Position numbers and translations under genes: made by a program. Positions 1 to 14,379 of a DNA stretch of 64,000 nucleotides are shown piece after piece. The stretch is from Camelus dromedarius (lineage: Eukaryota): contig NC_087436.1 in the NCBI RefSeq assembly GCF_036321535.1, positions 56,732,001-56,796,000 on the forward strand. The letters are read 5' to 3'. The stretch's first letter is position 1, and each line of letters starts with the position of its first letter. The notes beneath the pieces were generated by a model. That model worked only from the letters and a program-made list of their open reading frames with translations, was not told the DNA's origin and searched no databases.

Positions 1-2048
1 ACAACCAAATCTGATCCTTCAGTTTCTCCTTATATCTTTGTGAGCTGCTCAATATCTTTCCAATAAATTATCTTTTTCTTGAAAAAAAAAAAAACCTGAC
101 AATCTTACTTTGTAAGATTTAAGACTTTATTTAAATATTTATAAATAAGTATGACACCCTCAATTAAGCACCTGTCTGTACAATGTGAAGTCAACAGATA
201 AAACCACTCCTGTCCTAGGAGTTTACACTGTGCTTATCACTTGTAAGTTCTCGCCTCTTCCTCCTGTCCACACACTCCCAGGCCCTCACTGCTGTCTACT
301 TGCCTCACTCCAGTATAACCACTCAGTTTGTTTGTTGTATGTAGCTGGACAGCCTGTACGTGGACAAAGTTAGAGCTCACCTCACACTTCTGACTTCCTG
401 TTCACTTTCCCCTTAATTTTATTTTGGTCTTAACTCTTACAGTTCTTTCTTCTTAGCACCTTTCTTGTACTCATGACCACTCTCTCAAACTTCCAAGCAC
501 ATCTTACTATATCAACTGGCAGTTCACAGCGCAAATTAAAATACCTCCCTGAACACCTCAGATTTCTGCTTTTAAAGTGCATTTGTATACATTCTTTTAT
601 TGGACCCTGTGAAATAGGTGGGCCTGTTGTTATTTATCTTGTATTATTTATCCTGTGTTCAAACAAAGAAAGTGAATCCCAGAGATGCTAACTGACTGGT
701 CAAAGGAGCAAAACAAAACTGGGGGCTCCTGAGCACTGAGCCCCTGCAGCTCTGAGACCCGGAGGGCTCCAGTAGCATGGCAGGGAGGGGGTAAGACAGT
801 CCCCAGAGGGTGTAGCACCACAACGGGTCCACAGCCCCCAGTGTGATGGCAGATGTGAGGAGCACACCGAGACACCCTCCCTGAGTTCTCCTCGAAGTAT
901 GCCCAGCTGGGGAGGACCCTCAGTCAGCACAGTCCTGGGAGGACTTCAAGCAGCGGGGACCGGCACCTTCCTCTTGCTTTCCTAATGAACAATCGCAGCT
1001 TCAGAGCACCCCCCCACCACCACCAACCCCTGCTCGTAAGTTCTCTTTCCAACATAGAAAATTCTCACAACTGTCCTAGCTCCTATGTTTCAAAATGTAA
1101 AAATGAAAGCAAAAGGTTTCGTTATTCCAGTGCATTTGCTCTCAAAATATACAGTGATTAGAGTGAGCTATGTCACTTGGCAGTGACTGCTGGACCACCC
1201 TTTGGTTTTGTCTGTTCCATTCTTGAAAGCCATGGGAATTCTTGGCGCTCAGCTTTCTGTTTTCACAGCTTTGCCCCAGCACCTGTTCCAAAAGCAATTG
1301 GAAGGGCTTGACTGGATCCTGATTCTTAATTTTCAGCTCACAAGCAAGAATGCTTAGGATTTAAGGTATAATACTCTATTTTACAGTGTAAGAACTGAAG
1401 CCTTTATGTGGAATTATACCATAAAACACTTTTCACAATTTAGTGAAAACAGTATATTTAAAGTCCGTACTATAAAAAGAAAAATAAACATATATAATAA
1501 CCATGTAAGGAGGGAAAATACATATTTGTATGAGCCTTTATTATTTTGACCTGTTCATTAGATTGTAAAGTTTTCCCTTATGGAATCCTGTAGAGGGTAA
1601 ATGGCTTATAAATGTTGTTTCGTCAAACAATGGAAGAATTAAATAGTTACTCCAGTATTTTTACATGTTTGCCCACTTACATGAATCCAAGATTTTTTCA
1701 ATCCTATAACTATATAAATTATTCATTAATACACCAAGAATAAAAATATTTAAGTACTATTTAATTCAGTATACACATAAAATAAGATCCAAAACTGTTC
1801 CCTGAGTATTGGTCAAGTTCATCCAAAGAGGACTTACATCAAATGGTCTCGGAAAAGTAAACTTTCAAAAGATTTTAGGTGATTTTTTTCCCAAGGAAGC
1901 TCTGCCCCAGGGCAAGAAAAAGAAGAAAATAATTGTGGGGGAGGACATCTGTTATTTGGACTAAAAGAACTAAACATCTATAAAATGACTTTAAAATATA
2001 AACTCATTTTTCATCTGGAATTCATTCAATGTAAGGAAGCGATGTTAT

Positions 2049-2951
2049 ACAGATGGCCAAAAGGCATATGAAAAGATGTTCAACAGTGCTAATTATTACA
2101 GAAATGCAAATCAAAACTACAAGGAGGTATCACCTCACCCCGGTCAGAATGGCCATCATTAAAAAGTCCACAAATGATAAATGCTAGAGAGGATGTAGAG
2201 AAAAAGGAACCCTCCTACATTGTTGGAAATATAAATTGGTGTCGTCACTATGGATATTAGTATAGAGTTTTCTTCAAAAACTAAAAATAGAGTTGCCATG
2301 TGATCCAGCAATCTTATTCCTGGGCATATATCTGGAGAAAACTCTAATTCAAAAAAGTAAATGCCCTCCAATATACATAGCACTTTACAATAGCCAAGAC
2401 TGGAAGGAACCTAAATGTCCATCTACAGATGATTGGATGATGAAGATGTGGTATATTTATACAATTGAATTATGGAACATTACTGAGTAACAGAACATTA
2501 CTCAGACATGAAAATAATGAAATAATGCCATTTGTAGCAACACGGATAGAACTAGAGATTATACTATGTGAAGTTAAGTCAGGCAGAGAAAGACAAATAT
2601 CGTATCATATCACCTATATATGAAATTGAAAATTTGATACAGATGAACTTACTTGCAAAACAGAAAAAGACAACAGATGTAGAAACCAAACTTATGGTTA
2701 CCAAAAGGGAAAGGAGGTTGGAGTTGAGGGGTATAAATTAGGACTTTGGGACTAGCAGATACAAACTACTATACATAAAATAGATAAGTAGCAAGATCCC
2801 ACTGTATAGCACAGGGAACTATATTCAATACCCTGTAATAAACCATAATGGAAAATAAGAATATGTGTATGTATATACATAACAGAATCACTTTGGTGTA
2901 CACCAGAAACTAAATCAATACTGTAACTCAACTATACTTCAATTAAAAAAA
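2049..2951 (+). mobile_element. 5'-truncated LINE-1 (ORF2 C-terminal end + 3'UTR + short A tail)
   Basis: L1 motifs gaaatgcaaatcaaaactaca and ggtatcacctcaccccggtcagaatggccatcattaaaaag; ends ctatacttcaattaaaaaaa. Degenerate TSD aagcgatgttat (2037-2048) / aagccatgtcat (2950-2961). Confidence 0.9.
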
Positions 2952-5879
2952 GCCATGTCATGATTACAAGGGGTACAGATTTGAAGGAACACTGGACTTC
3001 AGTGAGGACTCCTTTACTGAGTATGGAGTAGCCAGGGCAGGAATAGGGCTATTCTGGCCAAGCTCAAGTCAAGGACAATCAAGTGATTGTGAGTCCTGGG
3101 TGAAAGGGAGGCTGGAACAAGGCTTGTGCCTGTGGAGCTTCACTCGAAGCAAAGTGGAGAGCAAGGATCAGCAACCACCAGTATAAACGAATAAGGACTG
3201 AAAATTTACAAAGTTTGCTATGAAATTAATAAGAGGGGAGTAAAGAGGTTTATGAGTGAGAGCCTGGGTAGGTTTCCCTGGTGAACTGCAAGGGATGGAG
3301 AGGGCTGTTCCCAAGGAAACTCTGCCCCAGGGCAAGTGGAGGCTGGAGCCAGGCCACCAAAAGAGAAATGCCAATCACAGGAATGGGTGCTGGTCACAAC
3401 TAGACTTCAGGGAGTGGGAGCAAAAGATAAAGTGGATGTTCATTCTCAGCTTTTCTGAAAAACAGTGTCATTCTGTCCCTTAACAGTGGGTTCTGAATTG
3501 TTCATAGAATGGCCTGTCTGAAATCAACCATGAGAGGCAGTTTCCTTCAGAGCATTTCCCAAAAGACAGAACAACAATGAACTTTCTCATGTATGGAATT
3601 TAAGAACAGAAATATTTACATTTGTTCACTTTATATAAATCTAAATACCAAATTAAAAGCTCTCTGCAGTTTCATTCTGTATTTTCTCCATTTAAATTGT
3701 GGACTTTTGAAAACTGTCTCTTTAAAATTATTTTTACTAAGTTGTTAATATACACATCAGTAGAAATGACAGTGGGACAGACTGAAAGTTTTTATAAATG
3801 ATCTGTGAAAGTTGAAGTTACCTCCTTAACATACAAGCACAGAAATGATAAGTTTAATAGCCCTGAGGAGCAAACTAGTCATTTCAAACAATTGAAAAAT
3901 CTCTTTAGTTGCTGGCAGGATTTGCTTCATCTAGTAAACCGTAAATCCTAGAATTGTAAAGTAACAATAAAAAGAATCTATTCTACTCTTTTTCAGATGC
4001 TGTGTTCTGATTTTCATATTGTGAGATTTTGTTTAAACATAGTGTTAGCCTTAAGAAATTTGGAAATCTCTGACCTCGTTCAAACTGAGGCTCGGAATCA
4101 CAGAGCATCCTAACGAACGGCGCTGTTATGACTAGAACCTGAATTTCCTGACTTCCACCCTGGTGCCATTTCCATTAGAACATACTTAGGCAAGTAAAAC
4201 AAAGCTGATCAAACTTACGTTGAACTTTAAAAAATTGTAATAAAGTTTAGTTCCAGATTCTGCCAGTGTGTTTATAATAAATGACAACTAAAAGAGAAGG
4301 AACTTAATAATCTTATTAGTTTAAAAAAGAAAAAGGTTTTAATTTGTAATAGTCATCTAAATATAAACTATGGATCAAGGCCATGTTGCACTCTTAAGTT
4401 CATATTTTAGTCCCTAGAAATAAGAGTATAGTGGAAGTATATACTACAACTGTGCAGGAGGAATTGTGCCAAAGTCATAAAATTCAATACCATAAGTTTT
4501 CAATTTTATACTAAAAATGTAAAAAAGTAAACAAATAAGAACACATTGAGAAATTATGCAGAAAACCCATTAAATGTTTAAGGGGCAATAAAACTGCCAC
4601 CAACCATTAAATATTCTCTTACAAGCATTAGATCAAGAGCCAATAGTACTAAAGTTCTCACAATTAAAAAAAAGAAGAAAATTCTAAAGGACAGACTTAC
4701 TGAATAAAAATGGCTTAGTCATGGATGAGAAAATAAATGTATTTAACATTTTAAATATTATACTTACCTGCACTATTGTGTACCCTAAGCAAAATAACTG
4801 TTGCAAGATGACATGGTTAAAAATAGGATGTTTTAATTCTGGATAAAATTAAGAACTAGGAAAATCTTCAAGTTCTTTAACAGAAACCTAAGAATATATA
4901 AGCCTAAGAATATGATGCACAGTTTATTTTCTTTAAACAAAGTTGGAATGGGAACACACATTGTGTTCTTTGTGAGGTAAAGAAAATGAGATTATATAGA
5001 ATATGAATGTAATTTGTGAATCAAAAATGGCATTAATTTATGTGATATATTTGTGTAATGTTAAAGAGAATATATAATTTTATTCAAATATTTACTGACA
5101 GTATGAAAGATTTCTCTAACAAAATTTGTGAATTGTTTCAATCAGACTTGTTGAATTTCAGAGAGCTCAATTAAGGAGACCTTTATTGTTAGGATACTGG
5201 AATCTCAGTTTTCTGACAGGTGTCCTCACAAGAGCATATGGTATAGAGAAATATAGCCAGGTTCTACTATCAAGAGGGAGAGGTCTTACTTTTATTAATG
5301 TTTCTTTGTATCCAGCTGTCTCATGTAAGCTCTGGACTCAGGCTCTCTCGATTTGAATCCTGAGCTCACTACATGCCAGTGCTGTAATAATGTTTTTATT
5401 AAAAGACTGTTTTGTAGTTGCAACTGGAAAACTAGCATTTAAGTATATTCATTGCTTTTGTCTGCTATTCTTCTAATTACTTCCAAATAAAATTCACAAT
5501 TTAATTAAATAGCATAGAAGAATAAAAAGCACTTCAACATCTATATAGTTTTAGTAGTATGGTTGATGCCTCTTCCTTTAGGAGTTTTATATATGCAAAT
5601 GTTTTCTTAATGGCCTTGTCAGATGAAAGGAACAGAAATCAGACTTGGGTCCATACAGGATAAAGAATCATTTATAGGAAGTTCTCCCCACAAGTAGCTG
5701 GGGTGCAAATGAATCACACCTTCAGGATAAAGCTGAACTATAGGTAAACCAGCCACTGCCTGGATTTGCAGTCCAAGTTCACGCCACCTGAGTTGTACAG
5801 AGAAGTTAAGATAGCTCTATATTAGCAATGTCCCCAGGATAGTGTAACTATATTACACATTAATGTGGGGGGAAAGCAT

Positions 5880-6368
5880 TACTAGAAGAAAATTTAATAA
5901 AGACAAAATATGTAACTTACCAGGAAAATATAACAAATTTGTATGCACCTCATAATATAGCCTCAAAATGCATAAATCAAAATGACAGAATTGAAAGGAG
6001 AAATAAAATCAAAATGAGAGCTCCTTGAGTAATTTGATAGAACAAATGGACCAAAAATGTAGTAAGGTTAAGATTATAAAACCTGATTAACAAATTTGAT
6101 CTGGTGACCATATTTATATGTGTATGTTGTAAGAACTGCTGAATATCTATTTTCAAGAATACAGCACATTAAAAAATGTTAAGCGTATCTTGGCAATAAA
6201 GCAAGCCTCGACAAATTTCAATTAATTAAAGTCATAGAGTAGGTTCTCAAAATGTAAGTTAAACTAGAAATAGATAGCAAAAAGATAACTAGAATTCTAC
6301 AGTGTTTGGAAAACAAGAAATTTACTTCTAAATGATTTAAGTGTCAAATTGAATTAGAAAGTAACTTG
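5880..6368 (+). mobile_element. Old L1 (L1M-type) ORF2 5' fragment, continuing at ~8775-9640
   Basis: Degenerate endonuclease-region sequence, e.g. aaatttgtatgcacctcataatatagcctcaaaatgcataaatcaaaa... Confidence 0.65.
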
Positions 6369-8235
6369 CAAGCCAACAGCTATTCATACCAAACAATGAA
6401 ACACAAAGCTTTTCCTTTAAGATCAAGAACAAGACAAGGATGCCTACTCTCACCACTGTTATTCAACATAGTGTTGGAAGACCTAGCTAGAGCGATTAGG
6501 CAAGAAAAACAAGAGGTATTCAAATCAGAAAGGACGAAGTAAACTTGTCTCTATTTGTAAATGACATGATATATATAGAAACCCCTAAAGACTCCATTAA
6601 AAAAACATTAGAAGTAAAAATGAATTCAGTAGAGTTGTAGGATACAAAAATCAATATACAAAAAAAGAGTTGCACTTCTATATACTAATAACAAACTAGC
6701 AGAAGGAGAAATTAGGAAACAGTCCCATTCACAATTGCTTAAAAGAGAGTAAAGTACCTATCGAATAAATTTAACCAAGGAGGTAAAAGACTGGTACACT
6801 GAGAACTATAAGATGTTGATGTACGAAATTAATGACACAAATAAATTGAAGGATTTTATGCTCATAGATTGAAGGAATATTATTAAAATGTCCATACCAC
6901 CCAAAGCAATCTAAAGCATAAATGCAATCTCTATTAAAATTCCGATAACATTTTTTCAAAGAATCAGAAAAATCCTATAAGTTGTAAGGGACCACAACAT
7001 ACCTCAAATAACCAGGGCAATCTTGAAAAAGTTAAGCTGGAAGCATCAGGCTTCCAAACTTCAAACTATTAAAAGCAGTAGTAATCAAGACAACACGGTA
7101 TTGGCATAAAAACACTCAAATCAATTGAACAGAATAGACAGCCCAGAAGTAAATTCACATGCATGGTCAATTTATCACAAAGCAGCCAAGACTATACAAT
7201 GGAGAAGGGACAGTTTCTTCAATAAATGATGTTGGAAAAACTGGACAGCCATATGCAAAAGAACAAAACTGGATTGTTAGTTTTTGTGTATGGTGTGTGC
7301 TAACTCAAAATGTACTAAAGACTCAAATGTAAGACCTAAAACCATAAAACTCCTAGAAGAAAACATAAGAAGTTCCTTGACCTCAATCTTGGTGATGTGT
7401 TTCAGATTGACACCAAAAGCAAAGGCAATAAAATCAAAAATAAACAAGTGGGACTACATCCAACTAAAAAGCTTCTGCACAGCAAAGAAAACCAGCAAAA
7501 TGAAAGGGCAACCTACCAAATGGGAGAAAATATTTGCAAAATCATTTATCTGATAAGGAGTTAACATTCAAAATATTTAAATTCATGCAAATCAATAGCA
7601 AAAACCCAACAATTCAATTTAAAAATGGGCAGAGGAAGAGAACAGATATTTTTCTAAGTAAGATATACAGAGCACCAACTGATACATTAAAAAGTTCATA
7701 ACACTTATCAGGGAAATACAAATCAAGCCACAATGAAATATCACCTCACACTTGTTATAACGGCTATTATCAAAAAGAAAGCCCTAATAAGTGTTGACGA
7801 TGTGGAGAAAACAAGACCCTTGTACACTGTTGGTGGAAATGTAAAATGGTATGGCTGCTATGGAAAACAGTATAAAGGTTCTTTAAAAAATTGAAATTAG
7901 AACTACTATGTGATCTAACAATCCCACTTCTGGATATTCATTTGAAGGAGAAAAAACCCACTAACCTGAAAAGATATAAAAGATATCTATACCTCCATGT
8001 TTATTGCAGCATATTTACCTTATCAAAGAGATGAAAACAATCTAAGTGTCCATTGATAGATGAATAGATAAAGAAAATATGGTACACTCAGGAGTATTAT
8101 TCACCCATAAAAAATAAGAAATTCTGCTATTTGTGACAACATAGATGGACCTTGAGGGCCTTATGCTAGATGAAATAAGTCAGATAGTGAAAGATAAAAG
8201 CTGTATGACCTCACTTATATGTAGAATCTTAACTT
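6369..8235 (+). mobile_element. Degenerate LINE-1, ORF2 RT-to-C-terminus region and 3'UTR start
   Basis: Motifs agatcaagaacaagacaaggatgcctactctcaccactgttattcaacatagtgttggaag and aaataaacaagtgggactacatccaactaaaaagcttctgcacagcaaag. ORF 7284-7553 (KINKWDYIQLKSFCTAK...KWEKIFA) is a broken ORF2p remnant. Confidence 0.92.
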
Positions 8236-8252
8236 TTTAAAAAATGCAGTTA

Positions 8253-8760
8253 TAATGGTGATCTCCAGGTCCATCCATGTTGCTGCATATGGCATTATTT
8301 TATTTTTATGGCTGAGTAGTATTCCACTGTATAAATATATCACACCTTCTTTATCCAGTCATGTCATTCTAAGTGAAGTAAGCCAGAAAGAGAAAGAAAA
8401 ATACCAAATGATATCCATTCATATATGGAATCTAAAAAAAAAAAAAAAAAAGGAAAAAGAGGACACTAATGAACTCATCTACAAAACGGAAACAGATTTG
8501 CAGACATAGTAAACAATCTTATGGTTACCCGGGGAAAGAAGGCAGAAAAGGATAAATTTGGGAGTTTAAGATTGCAAATGTTAACCACTATATATAAAGA
8601 TAAACAAATTTCTGTGTAGCACAGGGAACTATAATCCATATCTTGTAAAAACCTTTAATGAAAAATATGAAAATGAATATATGTATATGTATGCACAACT
8701 GGGACATTGTGCTGTATACCAGAAATTGACACGTTGTAACTAACTACTTCAATTTTTTTA
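8253..8760 (+). mobile_element. Short L1 3'-end insertion with 5' inversion (twin-priming structure)
   Basis: 8253-8361 is antisense L1 3' sequence and ~8362-8755 is sense. TSD aaatgcagtta (8242-8252) / aaatgcactta (8760-8770). Confidence 0.8.
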
Positions 8761-8774
8761 AATGCACTTACAGG

Positions 8775-9640
8775 GAAAAAAATGAGAAAGTATGTTCAAT
8801 GAAACAATCATTACAACATTAACTTTTAAATTTTGTGGATATACACAGATACAAGGAAAACAAGGAAATAGTGGGCTTCAAATACATACATTGTAAAAAA
8901 TTAATGAGGTAAATGTGTATCTTAAGAAGTTAGGAAGAGTAGCTAAAAAATCCCCAAAAAGCCACAGAAAAAATGAAAACAAGAGCAGAAATCCATTAAA
9001 TAGCAACAAGTACATAATAGAGATTCAATAAAGACAAACAAGTTTGTTCTTTAAACAGTCATAGACCTCTGGTGAGATTGTGATCAAAAGTGAAACATGA
9101 CACAACTTACAGATTATGAGAAATAAAAATGGAATAGTGTCACATATGCTGCAAACAAAGAAACTGAAGGGTATTAAAAACAACTTTATGCCAATAACCT
9201 GTAAATATAAATGAAATGAATGCATTTATGGAATAATGTAACCTACCAACATTTACTCAAGATTACCTGAAACAACCTATAATGCTAAGAAATCAAATTA
9301 TCAAATTGACTTTCAAAAAAAAGAAAACATCTAGTCCCAGATGGCTTCACCAGAACATCCACCAAACATTTAACAAAGAAAATCATCCTATCTTCCACAA
9401 ACCATTCCAAGAACAGAAGAACACTCTAAGTCATCTTATCATTTTTCACTAGCAAGAAAATGTAATCTTAAAATCATATAAATGATAATGATAAATATTT
9501 TAGGTCCTAGGTATACATGTAACACAAGATATACAGGGACTTTATAAATCAAAGATTTTACTGAGAAACTTTTAAAAGGTTTCTAAATAAATGGAGGGGC
9601 ATACTATGTTCACAGACTGGGCTATATTGAGTATTGACCA
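8775..9640 (+). mobile_element. Old L1 (L1M-type) ORF2 fragment
   Basis: Degenerate motifs aacaactttatgccaataa and aaagaaaacatctagtcccagatggcttcaccag...ccaaacatttaa. Confidence 0.7.
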
Positions 9641-10169
9641 AACACAATATGAGCATGAGAAGGTAAGTGATGGGAAACACATTGCAGTGTAGTGGTTGGC
9701 CCTCATATATCAATCCTAGACCCATCAGTGCAAGAGAGAAGCTTGATTCTTGGAGCTCAAGCAGAATGCTTTATAAGTGCCCCTCAGACTTTCTGGGACT
9801 GAAAACTGAGTGTCTGGAAAGGCTCCAGTATCTTTAGGTGATTTGTATCTGGGAGCCAGTGCAGAAGAAAAGAATGGGTCTACAGAGTTGCTACCAGGAA
9901 CATATACAGCAAGTTTTCTTGCTGATTGCAAAGAGTTCTTGGAGTCCAGTAGTGGTAGGCTGTCCTCAAAGCTTATGCTTTTTTGTGCTGCTAAATAGAT
10001 TTAGCCCTGGCCCTTTATGACAGGGAAAGTCATCCTACATCATAAACAATTAAAGTCTACTTATTGATATTCTCAAAATTATGTTCATCACACTTTATAC
10101 TTCAAAATTTTTTAATCTAATTTTTAAAGCAATCATCTTTTTCTAATAAAAAATTTCTCTATGCTAAGT

Positions 10170-10564
10170 GTATTATCAGTCAGTGTTCTCCAGAGAAACA
10201 GAACCAATAGGACATATTGGAGAGAGAGATTTGTTTTAAGGAATTGTCTTACATGATTGTGGGTGCTGTCAAGACTCAGATCTGCAGGGCAGACTAGTAG
10301 GCAGGAGTTGATATTACAGTCTTGAGTCAGAAGGCAGCCTAAAGGCATAATTCTTTCCTCTGTAGGGGGACCTCAGTCTTTTCTCATAAGGCCTTCAACT
10401 AATTAGATGAGGTCCATCCACATCATGAAGGTGGTTTACTCAAAGTCTACACATTTAAACGTTAATCATATCTAAAAAAAATACCTTCACAGCAACATCT
10501 AGACTGTTATTTGACCAAACAGGGCATCACAGCCTAGCCAAAATGACACAAATTAAGTATCACA
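10170..10564 (-). mobile_element. MLT2-type (ERVL) solo LTR
   Basis: Begins gttctccagagaaacagaaccaatagga and ends ctagccaaaatgacacaaattaagtatcaca, the reverse complement of the MLT2 terminus. Confidence 0.8.
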
Positions 10565-12029
10565 TTACGTGAGCATTTTTCACTTGTGAGATTAGGGACG
10601 ATTAGAGCCTATTGGAGCCTTCAACATGTAGTTTCACCTACAAGAGGTGGCTCCTCTCATTCTAGAATAATTTTTCTTTTGTTAGAGATGATTCATTTGT
10701 TTTACCATGGAGCTGTCTTACTGTAAAAATGATTACACCATGACAGATGTGGACAGGAGACTAAGGAATTTCCCAAGTAACATGGCCTATGATCCTCTCC
10801 CCTTACAAGGAGTAGTGAAAACAGCACTGTGTGAGTCTTGTATAGCACAAAGATGTACCCTTGTTACATCAGCAAATCATGTCTGTGTAAGATAAACCAG
10901 TTGAGCTAATATTAAAGATCCCACTTCTGAGTGGGTCATAGGAAGAAATAAGGCAATGAAGGGAGAGCCCCACTTCTGAAATGAGGTACTGAATGGAGAT
11001 GGGCCAGTGGGAAACAGGAACCCTAGTGAGGAAGGAAATCTTGGTGGCACTGCAGAAGCAATATATGAGAGCTGTGAACATTTCTTTATTCGGATAGTGA
11101 TTAATTTCCTAGTCAAAACACATGGTTTGGTCCTTTGAGCCAATCACCAAATATAGGATTCAAGATCAAGAATGGGAGGGACAGAGGTGCTAACTGACAT
11201 ATTTAACAATTCATGGGTACCAACTGACCAGAATGGATGCTGATGGTAGCTCAGAATCAAGGATGCAGTATACCCTCCCTTTGCCTGTCCTTAATCCTTA
11301 GGTTGCTGGATAGTGGGGAGATTCAGGGGTCCATGGGGTCGGGGTCAGGCAACTGAGTAGCAGAAGGCACTGTGTTGATGGGGAGGGGAGCCTCAGGGCA
11401 GTTGTTTTCCAAACAGCATGAACTAATCTCAATTTAAGAACAGGTGCCACGATTTGGGGTGTATGAGCTGAACCTCAGTACAGGGGAGACTACATGGAGG
11501 ACGGAAGGTACACAGCGCTTCCTTCATTCTCCTTTAACTAGTACCTCACATTAAGTGGGCCTCTCTTCCTTTCTGAAATGCCCAGGGTTAAAAGAGCTCA
11601 ATTTGATCGCTCACCTGAAGAAGTCGAGGGCAGGCAGGATAAGCCATTATCTTTCGTCCCAGTTTCTTCTCTTTCGGAGAAGTTACCTGAAACACTAACT
11701 TTCCTTAGAGTCCATCCATTAGTTATTAGCTGTTTGAAATTAAAAAATACTACTTTTATAACTTCAATTTTTTTTAGGTCACACGTTCCAGTGTGATTTA
11801 AAGGTCTGTCCTATCCACAGTTGTGCAAAGAACACATCAAATTGAGCAAACAATTGTTTTGAGAAAGCAGTGTTACTCAGCTGTTGCTTAGTTCATTCAC
11901 TTAAAGATGTCACCAAGAAGTGCCATAAATGCGAGTTTTTTTATACTTTCTAGACCAAAGTCAGTTAAAAAATAAAACTCACTAGATGTTTAATTGCAAG
12001 CAAATTACATAGTTGCCAGGTTTTAATTT

Positions 12030-12160
12030 TTTAAATCTGTAAAACTGGTTGTTAAAAATAGTACCTATCTCATAGGTTTGTAGGAAATAAGACAATCCAT
12101 ACAAAGTTCTCAGCACGATGCTAAACACACAGAAGTGATTAAAAATAGTTATGATTATCA
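12030..12160 (+). mobile_element. MIR SINE fragment
   Basis: atctgtaaaactgg...aatagtacctatctcatagg...aaagttctcagcac. Confidence 0.6.
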
Positions 12161-14379
12161 AAGATAAAATTGTGGTACTGCAAATCTTCAGTTTTGTTCA
12201 ACCTTGTATTTAAAAATTAATGAGAAGGAAAGGACGAGGAAGCCCTGTGTCAACAGGAATAATCTGAACTTACATCAATAAAACGAGTAGGTGGTTAGTA
12301 GCAACTATTAAATTTGTGATTTTTTTCTATGTAGTAAACTTGAATTAAATCTCATAATAAAATACTTTTCGTAACCACAATTCAGTAATATTCATGTTTC
12401 ATGTGCAATGGAACCTATCAACAGAATTTAATTTTCACTTAGTTCATATATAAGTCAATTTATAGAGAACTTTAACATTTATAACCTCCTTTAAAAACAT
12501 TCAGCCCTGAAATTTATAGTTTTATAGTATTATATGCATATTTCTTTTCTATAACATACCTACTATGTATAATAGTGTTTTCCTCTAATTGATTTGTTGA
12601 TTCATGCTTTGCAAATATCTTCTCCAAGACTGTGGCTTATCTTTTCACTTTCTAAAAATGGTCTTTGACAAACCTAGGTTTTGTATTTTAAGGAAAAAGA
12701 ATTTATCAATATTTTCCTTTATGTATGTGTGTGATATTTTAAAACCTCTCATGATACCTCCAAGTAATAAAAATTTTGTCTATATTATTCTAGCACATTT
12801 GAAGGTTTGTTTTTCATATTTCCATCTTTAAACACTTGGAATACATTTTTGCACATAGAGTATAAATCCATTGTCCCTAAATATGGCTAAGCAAGAGGAG
12901 CAGCATCATGTACTGAAAAGATGACCCCCTCCTCTGGCTGATCTGCAAAGCCACCTGATAATGACCCAGTTTTCATGTGTTCATGGATTTGAATCTGGAC
13001 CCTCTTTTTCTGTCCTTGTGTCCATACTACTCCAATTACTGTTTTAAAACATTGATTATTCAAAAAGATTTACTGCAAGAAGGCTTAAAAATGATTAAAT
13101 CTTTTATGGCATTAGTAACAACTTAATTGTAAAAAAAATTAGCTCACAGAATATTTCAGAAATCATCTATTCTGTAAAAGCAACAAGCTACAGTTACTGT
13201 GTGATCATAGGATTTCACATTTACTTCTCATGGGTGAAAACTCTGGTCATTTAACAGTGTCTATTGAACTCAATACCTGTTAGTGCAATGAATGTACGGA
13301 TGATTAACAATCTTTGGATGTAGAATTTCTGGCATGTTTATTAGAAAAAAATTCATTACTCAGTAATTGTACTTTCAATTTCTAACTCTCTAGCAAAGGT
13401 GTGTGAGCCAAGAATTATCCTTGTCCAAAGCTCAGAACTTCTAGGAATTGCCTCAAAGGTATTTTTGTTCTGGAAATTCGCTTCTGCACTGGGCTTCAAG
13501 ACATTCTGTCTACATTCCTGAGTGTGTGTTTGTATGTCTTTGTGTGTATGTGAACATGTGTGTTCTGGAGGGCAGTTGCATCTACCATTCTCAAATTGGT
13601 TTTCTACTCAAGTTTTTCAAAATATGTGCAGAGACCTGTTTGTGTGTGGAGACCCTCAGTGCCAGTTGTCAGCAGAGAACAGAGCTCTCCCTGCAGCAGG
13701 CAGATCTGCTCTTCAGTGAGAAGGAGAAAGGAGATGAAAGGATGTAATAGAACCTCACCTGAAGGCAAGTTCAGGCAGCTGCTGAGGGTCTTTTTAAAAT
13801 ATCTATGGCACATTGGCACCTCGTTTTGAATTTATAGGAAACTGATTTTCCAAAACTCAGTTAGGAAAGCAGCAGCAGGAAACGAGCCTTATTCTATGGA
13901 CATTTAGTTTTAGGGGCGAGCTGTGCGTAGTCTAACTTACAATGCTAGCCCTAAATATACCATGACGATTTCTAGTTAGAGTCCAGAAGCAATTTCTGTC
14001 AAGGCTCAGAGAGGAAAGCAGATTCTGATAAAGACCATAAACACCCAAGGCTGATGGGATCCTGAACCCACTGAAATTTTAGTGATGTACTTTTGAAAGA
14101 TTTCTGAGGGCACACCCAGTCCCTAAATTAAATTCTTGTTGAAATTGAAAGCTGTTTTCTTCAAAGTTTGTATTACTCTCAGTGATAATTTCTGAACTTA
14201 CTACTGAGTATTTTACAATTTTCTTTCATGAAAATCGTAACATTAAGTTAACAAAAATCCTTCAGAAAATAGTGGCATACTATGGTAAGCCTCTGAAAAT
14301 CTCCAAGTCAAAGACTCAAGTGCTACCAGGGATGTCTGCTCAAGGAAAAGAAGCTAACAACAATGATATCAAACATTTT

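Noticed and set aside
640..1040. GC-richer patch with overlapping short ORFs
   Set aside because: Few CpGs, no convincing motif cluster or homology; cannot be assigned from the sequence alone.
7284..7553. ORF with reverse-transcriptase-element similarity
   Set aside because: Fragment of a frameshifted, dead L1 ORF2, not a gene.
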